Made by a program: the position numbers and the translations under genes. A DNA stretch of 64,000 nt from NCBI GenBank assembly GCA_944362555.1, contig CALVTL010000006.1, forward strand, positions 2,318 through 66,317. The letters are read 5' to 3'. Below, in pieces: positions 27,770 to 37,834 of this stretch. The notes beneath the pieces were generated by a model, which was given only the letters and a program-made list of their open reading frames with translations, made no database searches and was not told the origin of the DNA. Within the stretch, counting starts at the first letter, position 1. Each line of letters opens with the position of its first letter. The stretch comes from an uncultured Clostridia bacterium. Lineage in GTDB: Bacteria > Bacillota > Clostridia > Christensenellales > Borkfalkiaceae.

Positions 27770-30199
27770 ATGAGCAAATTGACCGAACAGGAGGCACAAC
27801 GCCTCATCACGGGGAAATTGTCACGCTATTTCGGCGTGACGCCCCAGGAAGCCACCCGCGAACAGATCTACCGCGCCGTCGTCATGAGCGTGAGAGACAT
27901 CATGGCGGAAAAGCATCAGAAGTTCCACGTCCGCACCAAGAGCGCCAAGGCAAAGCGCGTCTATTATCTGTGCATGGAATTTCTGCTCGGACGTTCTTTG
28001 AAGAACAGCGTCTACAACCTCGGCATCCACGACGCGCTCGAGGATGCGCTCAAGGGCTTCAAGCTCACGCTCGAGGAGCTCTATGAGGAGGAGCCGGACG
28101 CGGGGCTCGGGAACGGGGGACTCGGACGGCTCGCAGCCTGCTTCCTGGACGGTCTTGCCTCGCAGAACTATCCCGCAATGGGATTTTCCATCTGCTATCA
28201 GTACGGTTTGTTCAAACAAAAGATCGTGGACGGCTGGCAGATCGAACTGCCCGACGTCTGGCTCCCCGGCGGGGAATCGTGGCTCATCCAGCGCGCCGAC
28301 AAGCGCTTTATCGTCCGTTTTGAGGGGACGCTGGAGGAGAAGTGGACAGATCACGGCATGGAGACCATCTACCGCAACGCGCGCGAAGTGGAGGCGGTCG
28401 CATACGATATGATGGTGTCGGGCAAGGATTCCGACGCCGTCAGCACGCTCCGTCTGTGGCGGGCGCGCGCCGTGCAGAAGTTCGATATGCAGCTCTTCTC
28501 GCAGGGGAACTATGCGGAAGTCATGCGCGAGGAGGCGGAGGCGCAGCTCATCTCCAAGGTGCTCTATCCCTCCGACAACCATTACGAAGGGAAGTCTTTG
28601 CGCCTCGAACAGCAGTATTTCCTCGTGTCCGCCTCGCTGCAATGTATCATTTCCGACCACAAGCGCCGCTACGGTTCGCTCTCCCTGCTGCCGCAGATGG
28701 CTGCCATCCACATCAACGACACCCATCCCGCGCTCGCCATCCCCGAGCTCATGCGCATCCTCGTCGATGAAAATTATTTCAGCTGGGACGTCGCGTGGAA
28801 CATCACGACCTCGACCTGCGCCTATACCAACCACACCGTGCTTGCGGAGGCGCTCGAAACGTGGCCGGAGGAGCTCATCGCGCGCAAAGTGCCGCGCATC
28901 TACGGCATTCTGCAGGAGATCAACCGCCGCTTCTGCGAGGATCTCTGGACGCACTTCCCGGGCGATTGGAACAGGATCTCCCGCATGGCGATCCTCGCCA
29001 ACAAGACGGTGCGCATGGCAAACCTCTGCGTGATGGGTTCGCACAGCGTCAACGGCGTGTCCGAACTGCACAGCAACATCATAAAGGACAGCATCTTCCG
29101 CGACTTCTACGAATATTCGCCCAAGAAGTTCACCAACGTGACGAACGGCATCGCGCACAGGCGGTGGCTCAACCAGTCCAATCCCGAGCTCTGCGCGCTC
29201 ATCACCGACTGCATCGGCGACGGCTACGACAAGGATGCGGAAAAGCTGGAGGGGCTGCGCAAATTTGCCGACGATGCGAGCGTTTTAAAGCGCCTCGGCG
29301 AGATCAAGCGCATCAAAAAGCAGCAATTCGCCGCGCTTGCCAAGAAACAGCAGGGCGTCGTCATCGACCCCGACACGCTCTTTGACGTGCAGGTCAAGCG
29401 GATGCACGAGTATAAGCGTCAGCTCCTCAACGCGATGAACATCATCTCGCTCTACAATGCCCTGCGCGAGAACCCCGACCTCGACGTCCAGCCCAAGACA
29501 TTCATCTTCGGCGCCAAGGCGGCAGCAGGGTACGAGATGGCAAAGCTCATCATCAAGCTCATCTGTTTCCTCTCCGAGGACATCAAAAAGAGCGATCCCC
29601 GCATCCGCGAAAAGCTCAACGTCGTCTACATGGAAAACTACAACGTGACGATGTCCGAGGCGCTCATGCCTGCCAGCGAGATCTCCGAGCAGATCTCCCT
29701 CGCGGGGAAGGAGGCGTCGGGAACGGGCAACATGAAGTTCATGATCAACGGCGCGCTGACCATCGGCACGCTGGACGGCGCCAACGTCGAGATGGCGGAG
29801 CGCGTGGGCGAGGAGAACATCTTCATCTTCGGGCTCAATGCGGAGGAAGTCAACGACATCTGGTCGAACGGCTACAATTCGAGCGCCTACTACAATCAGG
29901 ATCCCGTTCTGCGCAAGATCGTCGAGTCGCTCATCGTCGGCTTCAACGGCACGTCCTTTGCGGAGATCGCCAACTATCTCATCCGCAACGCGCCCGTCGC
30001 CGACCCGTATATGTGCCTCGCCGACTTCGAATCTTACACCAAGACGCAGAAGAAGGTGAGCGAGCTCTACCGCACCGACCCGATGGCGTGGAACAAAAAA
30101 TCGCTCATGAACATCGCGGCGTCCGGATATTTCTCCGCCGACAGGAGCATCCGCGACTATGCGAACAACATCTGGAACTTAAAGCAGTTGAATAAATAA
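27770..30199 (+). CDS. glgP: Glycogen/maltodextrin phosphorylase
   Basis: GLGNGGLGRLAAC, TNHT and EASGTGNMKF (PLP lysine) motifs; 809 aa. Confidence 0.9.
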   Translation: MSKLTEQEAQRLITGKLSRYFGVTPQEATREQIYRAVVMSVRDIMAEKHQKFHVRTKSAKAKRVYYLCMEFLLGRSLKNSVYNLGIHDALEDALKGFKLTLEELYEEEPDAGLGNGGLGRLAACFLDGLASQNYPAMGFSICYQYGLFKQKIVDGWQIELPDVWLPGGESWLIQRADKRFIVRFEGTLEEKWTDHGMETIYRNAREVEAVAYDMMVSGKDSDAVSTLRLWRARAVQKFDMQLFSQGNYAEVMREEAEAQLISKVLYPSDNHYEGKSLRLEQQYFLVSASLQCIISDHKRRYGSLSLLPQMAAIHINDTHPALAIPELMRILVDENYFSWDVAWNITTSTCAYTNHTVLAEALETWPEELIARKVPRIYGILQEINRRFCEDLWTHFPGDWNRISRMAILANKTVRMANLCVMGSHSVNGVSELHSNIIKDSIFRDFYEYSPKKFTNVTNGIAHRRWLNQSNPELCALITDCIGDGYDKDAEKLEGLRKFADDASVLKRLGEIKRIKKQQFAALAKKQQGVVIDPDTLFDVQVKRMHEYKRQLLNAMNIISLYNALRENPDLDVQPKTFIFGAKAAAGYEMAKLIIKLICFLSEDIKKSDPRIREKLNVVYMENYNVTMSEALMPASEISEQISLAGKEASGTGNMKFMINGALTIGTLDGANVEMAERVGEENIFIFGLNAEEVNDIWSNGYNSSAYYNQDPVLRKIVESLIVGFNGTSFAEIANYLIRNAPVADPYMCLADFESYTKTQKKVSELYRTDPMAWNKKSLMNIAASGYFSADRSIRDYANNIWNLKQLNK

Positions 30200-30214
30200 T
30201 ATTGGCTGGATCGT

Positions 30215-32038
30215 ATGCAATTCTACTATAATCCCTTGGACAAAAACTGCAAGAGCCGCACGGGCGCTTTCCCGCGCGGTGCGCTCGTCACCTTCCGCAT
30301 CTATTGGGCGGAGGGCGGTGAAATGCCGCACGACCTCGATGCACGCTTTGTCTTTTGGGAGGACGGCAAAGAGCGCACGCCGCTCTCGATGGACCGCACG
30401 GAAAACGGCTTTGCCGTTACGCTGCGCTTTCATCAGACGGGGCTCTATTTCTACTATTTCCGCATCGGGGACGCATTTTTCGGCTGCGGGATGCTGCGCG
30501 ACGGCACGTTCATGCCGCAAGCAAATCTCGTGAGCTGGCAGCTCACCGTCTACGAGGAGCATTATTCAACGCCCGACTGGATGAAGGGCGGCGTCATGTA
30601 TCAGATCTTTCCCGACCGCTTCTGCAAAAAGGGCGAACTGCCCATCGGGAACGGGAAGATCCTGCGCGACGATTGGGGCGGCACGCCGTCCTTCCGTCCC
30701 AACGAATACGGCAAGATCCTCAACAACGATTTCTTCGGCGGAAACCTTGCGGGCATCAAGGAAAAGCTCGGCTATCTCAAATCGCTCGGCGTCACGGTGA
30801 TCTATCTCAATCCCGTGTTTGAGGCCTTCTCCAACCACCGCTACGACACGGGCGACTATCTGAAGATCGATCCGCTCCTCGGAACGGAGCAGGACTTCTC
30901 CGGGCTCGTTCAGACGGCGAAGGAAATGGGCATCCGCATCATCCTCGACGCCGTGCTCAATCACACGGGCGCGGACAGCCGCTACTTCAACAAATACGGC
31001 CACTACGACAGCGTGGGCGCCTATCAGTCGCAGCAGTCACCCTATTATGACTGGTACAGCTTTCAGGAGTACCCCGATTTCTATTTGAGCTGGTGGGGCA
31101 TCGACACGCTGCCTGCCGTCAACGAAACGGCGCCCGGATACCAGGAATTCGTATTCGGCAAAGAGGGCGTGCTCAAACACTGGCTTCGCCACGGCATCGG
31201 CGGCTACCGCCTCGACGTCGCCGACGAACTTCCCGACTTCTTCCTGGAAAAACTGCGCAAGACGGTGAAGGACGCCGCATCGGACGCCGTCATCATCGGC
31301 GAGGTCTGGGAGGACGCCTCCAACAAAATCGCTTACAGCGAACGAAGGAAATATCTTCAGGGCAATGAGCTGGACAGCGTGATGAACTATCCCTTGAAGG
31401 ACGCCATCATCAGCTATGTGCAGTCGGGAAACACGTCGCAGCTCCGCGAGACCATCTATATGCTCATGGACAATTACCCGAAAGAGACGCTGGATTGCCT
31501 CATGAACATCCTCGGCACACACGACACGCCGCGCATTTTGACGGTGTTCGGCGGCAAGGAATGCGCCGACAAGGAAGAGATGGCGGTCACCAAGTTGAAG
31601 CCCCGCGAACGGGCGGCTGCAAAAAAGCGCGTTATGATGGCAGCCGTGCTGCAATTCACGCTGCCGGGCGTTCCGTGCATCTACTACGGCGACGAGAACG
31701 CGATGGAGGGTTACCGCGACCCGTTCTGCCGCGGCTGCTTTGATTGGGTGAACACGGACGAGGAACTGCTCGCGTTCTACCAAAAGCTCGGTGCTCTGCG
31801 CGAACGCTACGACGCGTTCCGCGAGGGAGAGTACGACGAGGTGTTTGCCGACAGCAACTGCATCGTCTATATGCGCCGCTCGGAGAAGGAGAACGTTTAT
31901 ATCTGGGTGAACAACTCGAGCGCGGAATATTCGCTGCGCGTGGAGGGCACGTTCTTCGAGCACCTGACCGAAAAGAACTTCTCGGGTCAGCTCGAGATCA
32001 AGCCGAACACCTACGGGATCTTTACAAAAGTACAATAG
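30215..32038 (+). CDS. GH13 alpha-amylase-family enzyme (neopullulanase/alpha-glycosidase type)
   Basis: DAVLNHTG, GYRLDVADE, GEVWED and LGTHD conserved regions I-IV. Confidence 0.8.
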   Translation: MQFYYNPLDKNCKSRTGAFPRGALVTFRIYWAEGGEMPHDLDARFVFWEDGKERTPLSMDRTENGFAVTLRFHQTGLYFYYFRIGDAFFGCGMLRDGTFMPQANLVSWQLTVYEEHYSTPDWMKGGVMYQIFPDRFCKKGELPIGNGKILRDDWGGTPSFRPNEYGKILNNDFFGGNLAGIKEKLGYLKSLGVTVIYLNPVFEAFSNHRYDTGDYLKIDPLLGTEQDFSGLVQTAKEMGIRIILDAVLNHTGADSRYFNKYGHYDSVGAYQSQQSPYYDWYSFQEYPDFYLSWWGIDTLPAVNETAPGYQEFVFGKEGVLKHWLRHGIGGYRLDVADELPDFFLEKLRKTVKDAASDAVIIGEVWEDASNKIAYSERRKYLQGNELDSVMNYPLKDAIISYVQSGNTSQLRETIYMLMDNYPKETLDCLMNILGTHDTPRILTVFGGKECADKEEMAVTKLKPRERAAAKKRVMMAAVLQFTLPGVPCIYYGDENAMEGYRDPFCRGCFDWVNTDEELLAFYQKLGALRERYDAFREGEYDEVFADSNCIVYMRRSEKENVYIWVNNSSAEYSLRVEGTFFEHLTEKNFSGQLEIKPNTYGIFTKVQ

Positions 32039-32056
32039 TATGTCAGACATACTATT
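32034..32056. repeat. Palindromic element copy 3: perfect 11-1-11 palindrome AATAGTATGTCAGACATACTATT
   Basis: Read directly; the left arm contains the last codon and the TAG stop (32036-32038) of the GH13 gene. Confidence 0.9.
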
Positions 32057-32093
32057 CGCGATTTAAGATGCATTTTAAGAAAAAAACCAAGCA

Positions 32094-32120
32094 AAAAGGC
32101 GGCGCAAAGGCCGCTTTTTT
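32094..32120. terminator. Bidirectional terminator after the glg/GH13 operon
   Basis: AAAAAGGCGGC-GCAAA-GGCCGCTTTTTT. Confidence 0.75.
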
Positions 32121-32445
32121 GCTGAAAAACGCTTAAAATTGCGGGAAAAACGATGAGTTGTGCCGTACCGACGCGCAGGAACATTGGAACGCACCGTATG
32201 AAACGATGTGCCGTGCATGGGATTTTACCGCAGAACTACGAACGCAAATCATTTGAAAATGCGGAACGTTGTGCAGAACGTTGTCGGGAGTCGAAAAGAA
32301 TCCGTCTAACGTTCCGGAATCAAAAAAACGTAACGATACAGCGCGGCACGTTACAGAACACAAATTAAAAAACTGTCCTGCAAAACCCTCTTTTTTGCCC
32401 TTACTATTCGTAAAACCTGTGTTTTGCGCATAGTTATTGTGCAAT

Positions 32446-32474
32446 AATATAGCACAAAAAAAACCCTTTGTCAA
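32446..32474 (-). promoter_or_regulatory. Orphan promoter TTGACA-17-TATATT (TGn extended) with no convincing ORF downstream
   Basis: The -35 sits in the loop of the 32456-32483 hairpin; transcription would run leftward to the 32094-32120 terminator. Confidence 0.45.
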
Positions 32475-32495
32475 GGGTTTTTCAGAAAGTTTTTT

Positions 32496-32729
32496 TTATT
32501 TTTCGGAATCGTCCCCTTCACCATCATCGGGATAAAGCGAACAATTAGCCGGAAGGTCAACATGATCTTCCTCAGGAAGCGCAAGCGGAACAACGTTCCC
32601 CTGCCTATCATCGTGCTTGCGATCAGCTTTTAGTTTTTTCATAATTCGCCTCGTCGCACAACATGTCAAAACCGTACAAAAAAAGGACAAGACAGAAACA
32701 ACAAGCGAAATGACAACAACAAAATACAT
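32496..32729 (-). CDS. Hypothetical small membrane protein (one N-terminal TM, acidic tail)
   Basis: 77-aa ORF in the AT-rich island; SD-like aggagg 6 nt upstream; terminator hairpin downstream; no recognisable family. Confidence 0.35.
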   Translation of the reverse strand: MYFVVVISLVVSVLSFFCTVLTCCATRRIMKKLKADRKHDDRQGNVVPLALPEEDHVDLPANCSLYPDDGEGDDSEK

Positions 32730-32927
32730 AGCAATCCTCCTGAAATAATCTTATCACAACAATAACCAAATGTCAATCGAAGGGATAATTATTCCCATGA
32801 GTATACTCAAAGTTCCCCTCGTGCCTAGAACGACCACCCCGAAACGTCTTGACGGCATCATTACGGAGACATTCATACAGCTTGCGGCGGATTTTTTCGG
32901 AATTCCCCTTTTAACTATGCGTAAAAT

Positions 32928-32956
32928 TTGACTTTTTCCGTGCAGTGTGTTATGAT
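32928..32956 (+). promoter_or_regulatory. Xer-like recombinase promoter TTGACT-17-TATGAT, 6 nt before the ATG
   Basis: Read directly; no SD; leaderless-type arrangement. Confidence 0.5.
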
Positions 32957-32962
32957 ATTCCC

Positions 32963-34033
32963 ATGGCAAGGATCGCAAAAAACAATTCCGATTACTATCA
33001 GGAACGAAATCTGAAGAACCTCGACAAGATCGAGGCGCTGCTCGAAGAACTTCCCCCTTTCTGCGAGGATTTTCTGCGCGGCATCGAGACGCGCACCAGC
33101 ACGCTCACCCGCCTCAATTACGTCTATGACCTGCGCATTTTCTTTGATTTTCTCGTCAGAAAGCGCTGCCGCGGCAAGGAAGTCCGCGCACTCACCCTTG
33201 AAGATCTGGAACAGGTCACCGATACCGACATCGAGATCTTTTTGAGCTATCTCACCAACTACACGTTCGGCGGAAAGCGTCTCTCCTGCGATGAGCGCGC
33301 CAAGGCGCGCAAGCTCTCCTCCGTGCGCTCCATGTTCAAATATTTCTTCAATAAGGGGCTCATCGAGAGCAATCAGACGACCAAAGTCCCCTCTCCCAAA
33401 CTGCACGAAAAGGAGATCATTCGCCTCGAAGGCGGCGAAGTCTCCTCCCTTCTCGATACGGCGGAATATGGCGACGGGCTCTCGGCACACGCGAGCGGCT
33501 ATCATGAAAAGACCAAGATCCGCGACAGCGCCATTCTCACCCTCTTTCTGGGAACGGGCATCCGTATCTCCGAACTGGTCGGGCTGAACAACGAGAGCAT
33601 CGATTTTACCAACAATTCCTTCGTCGTCACGCGCAAGGGCGGGAACAAAGCCATCCTCTATTTTTCGGAGGAAGTCGGCGACGCGCTTGCCGCCTACCTC
33701 GCGCAGAAGGAGAACGACCCGCGCATCCCGCCCGAGGAACACGCCCTCTTTCTCTCGCTGCAATACCGCCGTATTTCCGTGCGTGCGGTGGAAAATCTCG
33801 TCAAAAAGTACGCGAAGATCGTCTCCCCTCTCAAAAAGATCACGCCGCACAAGCTGCGTTCCACCTACGGCACGGCGCTCTACCGCGAGACGGGCGACAT
33901 CTATATCGTCGCCGATGTGCTCGGGCACCGCGACGTCAACACGACGCGCAAGCACTACGCCGCCATCACCGAAGATCACCGCCGCTCCGTGGCGTCTGCC
34001 GTAAAACTCCATCCCACGGAGGATGACGAATGA
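32963..34033 (+). CDS. Tyrosine recombinase, XerC/XerD-like
   Basis: C-terminal HKLRSTYGT..LGHRDVNTTRKHY catalytic motifs (R..HxxR..Y); start chosen at MARIAK. Confidence 0.8.
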   Translation: MARIAKNNSDYYQERNLKNLDKIEALLEELPPFCEDFLRGIETRTSTLTRLNYVYDLRIFFDFLVRKRCRGKEVRALTLEDLEQVTDTDIEIFLSYLTNYTFGGKRLSCDERAKARKLSSVRSMFKYFFNKGLIESNQTTKVPSPKLHEKEIIRLEGGEVSSLLDTAEYGDGLSAHASGYHEKTKIRDSAILTLFLGTGIRISELVGLNNESIDFTNNSFVVTRKGGNKAILYFSEEVGDALAAYLAQKENDPRIPPEEHALFLSLQYRRISVRAVENLVKKYAKIVSPLKKITPHKLRSTYGTALYRETGDIYIVADVLGHRDVNTTRKHYAAITEDHRRSVASAVKLHPTEDDE

Positions 34034-35244
34034 GCGAGAACGTCTTTATCGTCCAGCCCGTGCACGACGACAGCGCACAGGCGTTGCAGGCGGAGGCGGT
34101 CGCGCTCATCGAGAGCGCGGGGGCGTCCTATGCGGGAACAATGTCGGCGAAGATCCGAGAAGTCAACCCCGCGACCTATCTCGGCGAAGGGAAGATCGCG
34201 GAACTGCGCGACATTTTAGAGGGACTTGACGTCACGGTGCTCTTCAACGGAGAACTCTCCCCCTCCCAAACCGTCAACCTCTCCGAGGCGTTGGGCGGGA
34301 AAAAGGTCATCGACCGCACGACGCTCATCCTCGACATCTTCGCCCTGCGCGCCGAGAGCAGCGAGGGCAAATTGCAGGTGGAACTCGCCCAGCTGCGCTA
34401 TCTCTATCCCCGCCTGAAAGGCAAGGGCGAGGCGCTCTCCCGTCTCGGGGGTGGCATCGGAACGCGCGGACCGGGGGAAACGCAGCTCGAGACGGATCGC
34501 CGTCATATCCGCGCCCGCATCCGCTCGCTTGAAGAAAAGCTGGAAAAGACGGAGCAGCGCCGCGGGATGCAGGCAAAGCGCAGAAAAAAAGACGGCGTGC
34601 GCACGGTGGCGCTCGTCGGCTATACGAATACGGGAAAATCCACGCTGCTGAACGCACTCACGGGCGCGGACGTCTTTGTAAAGGACGCGCTCTTTGCGAC
34701 GCTCGACCCCACCTCCCGCCGCGTGGAGATCGAGGGAATGGACTTCCTCCTCACCGATACGGTGGGATTTTTGCGCGATCTGCCCCATCATCTCATCGAG
34801 GCGTTCAAATCCACGCTGGAAAGCGCCCTCAACTGCGATCTCGCGCTCATCGTCTGCGATGCAAGCGGCGACTACGAAATGCAGCTCTCCACCACGCTCG
34901 AAACGCTGCGCGGGATGGACTTTTCCGCGCCCACCCTCATCGTCATGAACAAGTGCGACCGCGCCCCCGCCGACGCGCGTTTCCCGAAGGACGCCGTCTG
35001 CATCTCGGCAAAGACGGACTGCGGGCTGCCAGAGTTAAAAAGGAGCATCTTTACGGCGCTCAAAGAGCGTTTCATCTTTGCGGAGCTGTTCATCCCCTAC
35101 CCGCTCTCTGCCGAATACGCGGCGCTCCGCCCGCTCATCACCGAACGCGCCGTCGAATACACGCAGCAAGGCGCCGCCGTATCTGCCGTCATCCCCGCAG
35201 AACACGCCGCCAAGTTCCGCCGCTTTCTCTCCCCCGAAGTGTAA
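34030..35244 (+). CDS. hflX: GTPase HflX
   Basis: GGGIGTRGPGETQLE, GYTNTGKSTL, DTVGF and NKCD motifs. Confidence 0.9.
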   Translation: MSENVFIVQPVHDDSAQALQAEAVALIESAGASYAGTMSAKIREVNPATYLGEGKIAELRDILEGLDVTVLFNGELSPSQTVNLSEALGGKKVIDRTTLILDIFALRAESSEGKLQVELAQLRYLYPRLKGKGEALSRLGGGIGTRGPGETQLETDRRHIRARIRSLEEKLEKTEQRRGMQAKRRKKDGVRTVALVGYTNTGKSTLLNALTGADVFVKDALFATLDPTSRRVEIEGMDFLLTDTVGFLRDLPHHLIEAFKSTLESALNCDLALIVCDASGDYEMQLSTTLETLRGMDFSAPTLIVMNKCDRAPADARFPKDAVCISAKTDCGLPELKRSIFTALKERFIFAELFIPYPLSAEYAALRPLITERAVEYTQQGAAVSAVIPAEHAAKFRRFLSPEV

Positions 35245-35257
35245 CACGCAAACGAAC

Positions 35258-35302
35258 AAAAAATCCAAAGAAGGACGCGCGTACCCTTCTTTGGATTTTT
35301 TT
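35258..35302. terminator. Bidirectional terminator (hflX / maa)
   Basis: AAAAAATCCAAAGAAGG..CCTTCTTTGGATTTTTTT. Confidence 0.85.
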
Positions 35303-35305
35303 CGT

Positions 35306-35890
35306 CTATTTCTTGACCCACCGATCCTGTTCGGTAATTTTGCGGATCACCCTGCACGGGTTTCCCGCCGCAATGACACCTGCGGGAATATCGTGCGTCA
35401 CCACGCTCCCCGCGCCGATGATGCTGTCGTTGCCGACCGTCACGCCCTGCAAGATCTTGACATCCGCGGCGACCCAGACGCGGTCACCGATCTTTACGGG
35501 CTTGGATACGACGACGTTTGCGATGCGTTCTTCGGGGTCGAAGGCGTGGCTTGTGGTATAGATCCCCACGCGCGGACCGAACATGACGTGGCTGCTGATC
35601 GTAACTTCACCCATATCAAAGATGATACAGCCAAAATTCATGAACACATTGTCGCCTATGGTGATGTTGTTGCCCATCTCGCAGATGAAGTCGGGCTCGA
35701 TGAAAACATTCTTCCCGACGCTGCGAAAGAGCTTTTGCTTGATCCCCTCGCGGACTTCGGCGTCCTCTTCCGTCGTCTTGTTGTATGCGCGGAACAGCCG
35801 CTTGGCGGTGAGCCTTCTTGCCTCCAATTCGGGCGCGCGGTCGTTTTGCGGCAACCCTGCAAGCATCTTTTCCCATTCCGTCATCGTCAT
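35306..35890 (-). CDS. maa: Sugar (maltose/galactoside-type) O-acetyltransferase
   Basis: Mac-type N-terminus (EKMLAG..Y) and hexapeptide repeats; PVKIGDRVWVAADVKI..AGNP. Confidence 0.8.
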   Translation of the reverse strand: MTMTEWEKMLAGLPQNDRAPELEARRLTAKRLFRAYNKTTEEDAEVREGIKQKLFRSVGKNVFIEPDFICEMGNNITIGDNVFMNFGCIIFDMGEVTISSHVMFGPRVGIYTTSHAFDPEERIANVVVSKPVKIGDRVWVAADVKILQGVTVGNDSIIGAGSVVTHDIPAGVIAAGNPCRVIRKITEQDRWVKK

Positions 35891-36471
35891 TTCCCCGCAC
35901 GGATATTCCTGACCGTCTTATGCTCTATGGAAAGCTCCTCAAATACCCGTATGCCGCCTTCCCCCTGCGGAGACTGTGCGACGAGCCCGACCTTTACGGT
36001 ATCACCAACAGGCAGGTGGAAATAGCGCGTCATGTAAAAATGTTCGCCGTCCAATGAATAATGGAACGCGAAGGCATTTCCCATGCGCACCGCCTGCATC
36101 CATACGGTGTTGCCCTCGATATTGCAGCCGTTGGCATCGTCCGATTCGCCGTTCGTGACGACGCTTACGACTGCGTGCGTATCAAAATCCGTCTTTTCAA
36201 AGCAGCATTTTGCCCAACAGGTCATGTCTTTCATGATCATCACGACCGCCGCGTCGTAAGTGGAAACAAAGCCGTGCGAGGCTTTCACTCTGAAAACAAA
36301 GTCGCCTTTGAGTTCGGTATAGTAATACGGCGCGTTGCAGAGCGTCTCCGGCGTGATGCCTTCGCCCGCACTTTCACTGCTGCAAAAGAAGTCGGTATGC
36401 GCAGGGGCATACATCTCGAGCCTGTTCTTTTTTTCCGAGATCCTGCTTTCATTCATCCATCTGAATTGCAT
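35887..36471 (-). CDS. DUF1349 (concanavalin-like) domain protein
   Basis: Start set at MQFRWMNE after SD ggagga; APAHTDFF motif typical of DUF1349. Confidence 0.55.
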   Translation of the reverse strand: MQFRWMNESRISEKKNRLEMYAPAHTDFFCSSESAGEGITPETLCNAPYYYTELKGDFVFRVKASHGFVSTYDAAVVMIMKDMTCWAKCCFEKTDFDTHAVVSVVTNGESDDANGCNIEGNTVWMQAVRMGNAFAFHYSLDGEHFYMTRYFHLPVGDTVKVGLVAQSPQGEGGIRVFEELSIEHKTVRNIRAGK

Positions 36472-36574
36472 TGCATTCTCCTCCGATGCTGATAATTTCA
36501 TTATATCACAAAAGTACTCATATATCATTGCAATATATCGCCGATTTATAGTATAATATCGCAAGAGGTGTACT

Positions 36575-37453
36575 ATGAAGATTGCCCGCGCAACTCAAAA
36601 AGACGAATGCTTTCTGGAGCGGATACAACACGGCGAGGCGGATTTTCCGTTCCGCTTTTACAAGGAAGATGTCTGGGAGTTTGATTTTCACTGCATCGAC
36701 TGGCATTGGCATCCCGAAGTGGAGATCGTCTACGCCGAAAAAGGCGATATCGAGTGTTTTGTCGGCACGGAGCAGTTTACTCTGGCGCAGGGGTACGGTC
36801 TGTTAGTAAACAGCGGCGTTCTGCACCGCTATGAAGCCCGGGAAAGCGTTTTCATGCCGAATATCGTCTTCGCACCCGAATTGCTCGGCACAACAAGCGG
36901 CAGGGTCTATCACAAATATATCGCGCCCATTGCAGAGAGCGCGCTTTCGTATCTTCTTTTTTGCCCCTCAGTCGGCTGGCAGCAGGAATTTTTGCAGCAT
37001 CTTCTGGACATTTTCCGCTTACAGGAACAAGAAAACACTGAAATGCAGACGGTATCCTCCCTTCTCGGATTATGGCGGCAGATCGTCGTGCATTCGGAGC
37101 CCGTGTGCGGGCAGGCGGCAGACAAAGGCCGCAGGGCGCAGTTACAGGTGATGATGCAGTTCATCCACGCAAATTATAAGAGGCAGATCGCATTGAAAGA
37201 CATTGCGGAATGCGTCCATATCAGCGAGAGTCGCGCGTTGCAGCTTTTTCGGCAGGGCATTCGGCTCTCCCCCGTCGCTTATCTCATACAATACAGGCTC
37301 AAACGCGCCGCCGACCTGCTTGAAAGTACAGACAAGGCGGTCGCGGCGATCGCCTTTGAGACAGGATTTTCGGACGCGGGATATTTCTGCCGCACCTTCC
37401 GCAAACATTATCATCAGACTGCGACAGAGTACCGGCGGAAGATCCGCTCATGA
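36575..37453 (+). CDS. AraC-family transcriptional regulator
   Basis: Cupin-like N-domain plus C-terminal double HTH (IAFETGFSDAGYFCRTFRKHY). Confidence 0.8.
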   Translation: MKIARATQKDECFLERIQHGEADFPFRFYKEDVWEFDFHCIDWHWHPEVEIVYAEKGDIECFVGTEQFTLAQGYGLLVNSGVLHRYEARESVFMPNIVFAPELLGTTSGRVYHKYIAPIAESALSYLLFCPSVGWQQEFLQHLLDIFRLQEQENTEMQTVSSLLGLWRQIVVHSEPVCGQAADKGRRAQLQVMMQFIHANYKRQIALKDIAECVHISESRALQLFRQGIRLSPVAYLIQYRLKRAADLLESTDKAVAAIAFETGFSDAGYFCRTFRKHYHQTATEYRRKIRS

Positions 37454-37571
37454 TAAAATATTCCGTTAAACATTCCCTTAAAGACCGGGCATCTCCCGAA
37501 ACGCCCTTCTCTGTCGGGTAGATCGAAAAAAATAGCGCACGACATCCTGCAACCAAGACGCGTGCGCCGTT

Positions 37572-37769
37572 TCAGCGTGACCCCTTTTCCTTTTCGTATT
37601 CCGCGGGGTCGGTATATACTTTGTCGATTTTGATGGCGGCGAACTCCTTGATGTCGAGGCACTTGCCGCAGTTGTCGCAAATTTTATTGGGATCGAGGTC
37701 GCAGACTTCGCACTCCATGCAGCCGTCGCACTCTTTTTCCTCGTCCAAAACACACATTTTCCGTTCCAT
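37572..37769 (-). CDS. Small Cys-rich protein (8 Cys, CxxCxxCxxC plus CxxCxxC)
   Basis: 65-aa ORF with its own terminator, divergent from lexA; coding status inferred from Cys spacing only. Confidence 0.5.
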   Translation of the reverse strand: MERKMCVLDEEKECDGCMECEVCDLDPNKICDNCGKCLDIKEFAAIKIDKVYTDPAEYEKEKGSR

Positions 37770-37834
37770 GCCGTAAGTATAGCCCTTTTCCGCAAAAAAA
37801 GCAAGGATTTTTTGAAAATATTTCCGAAAATTTT

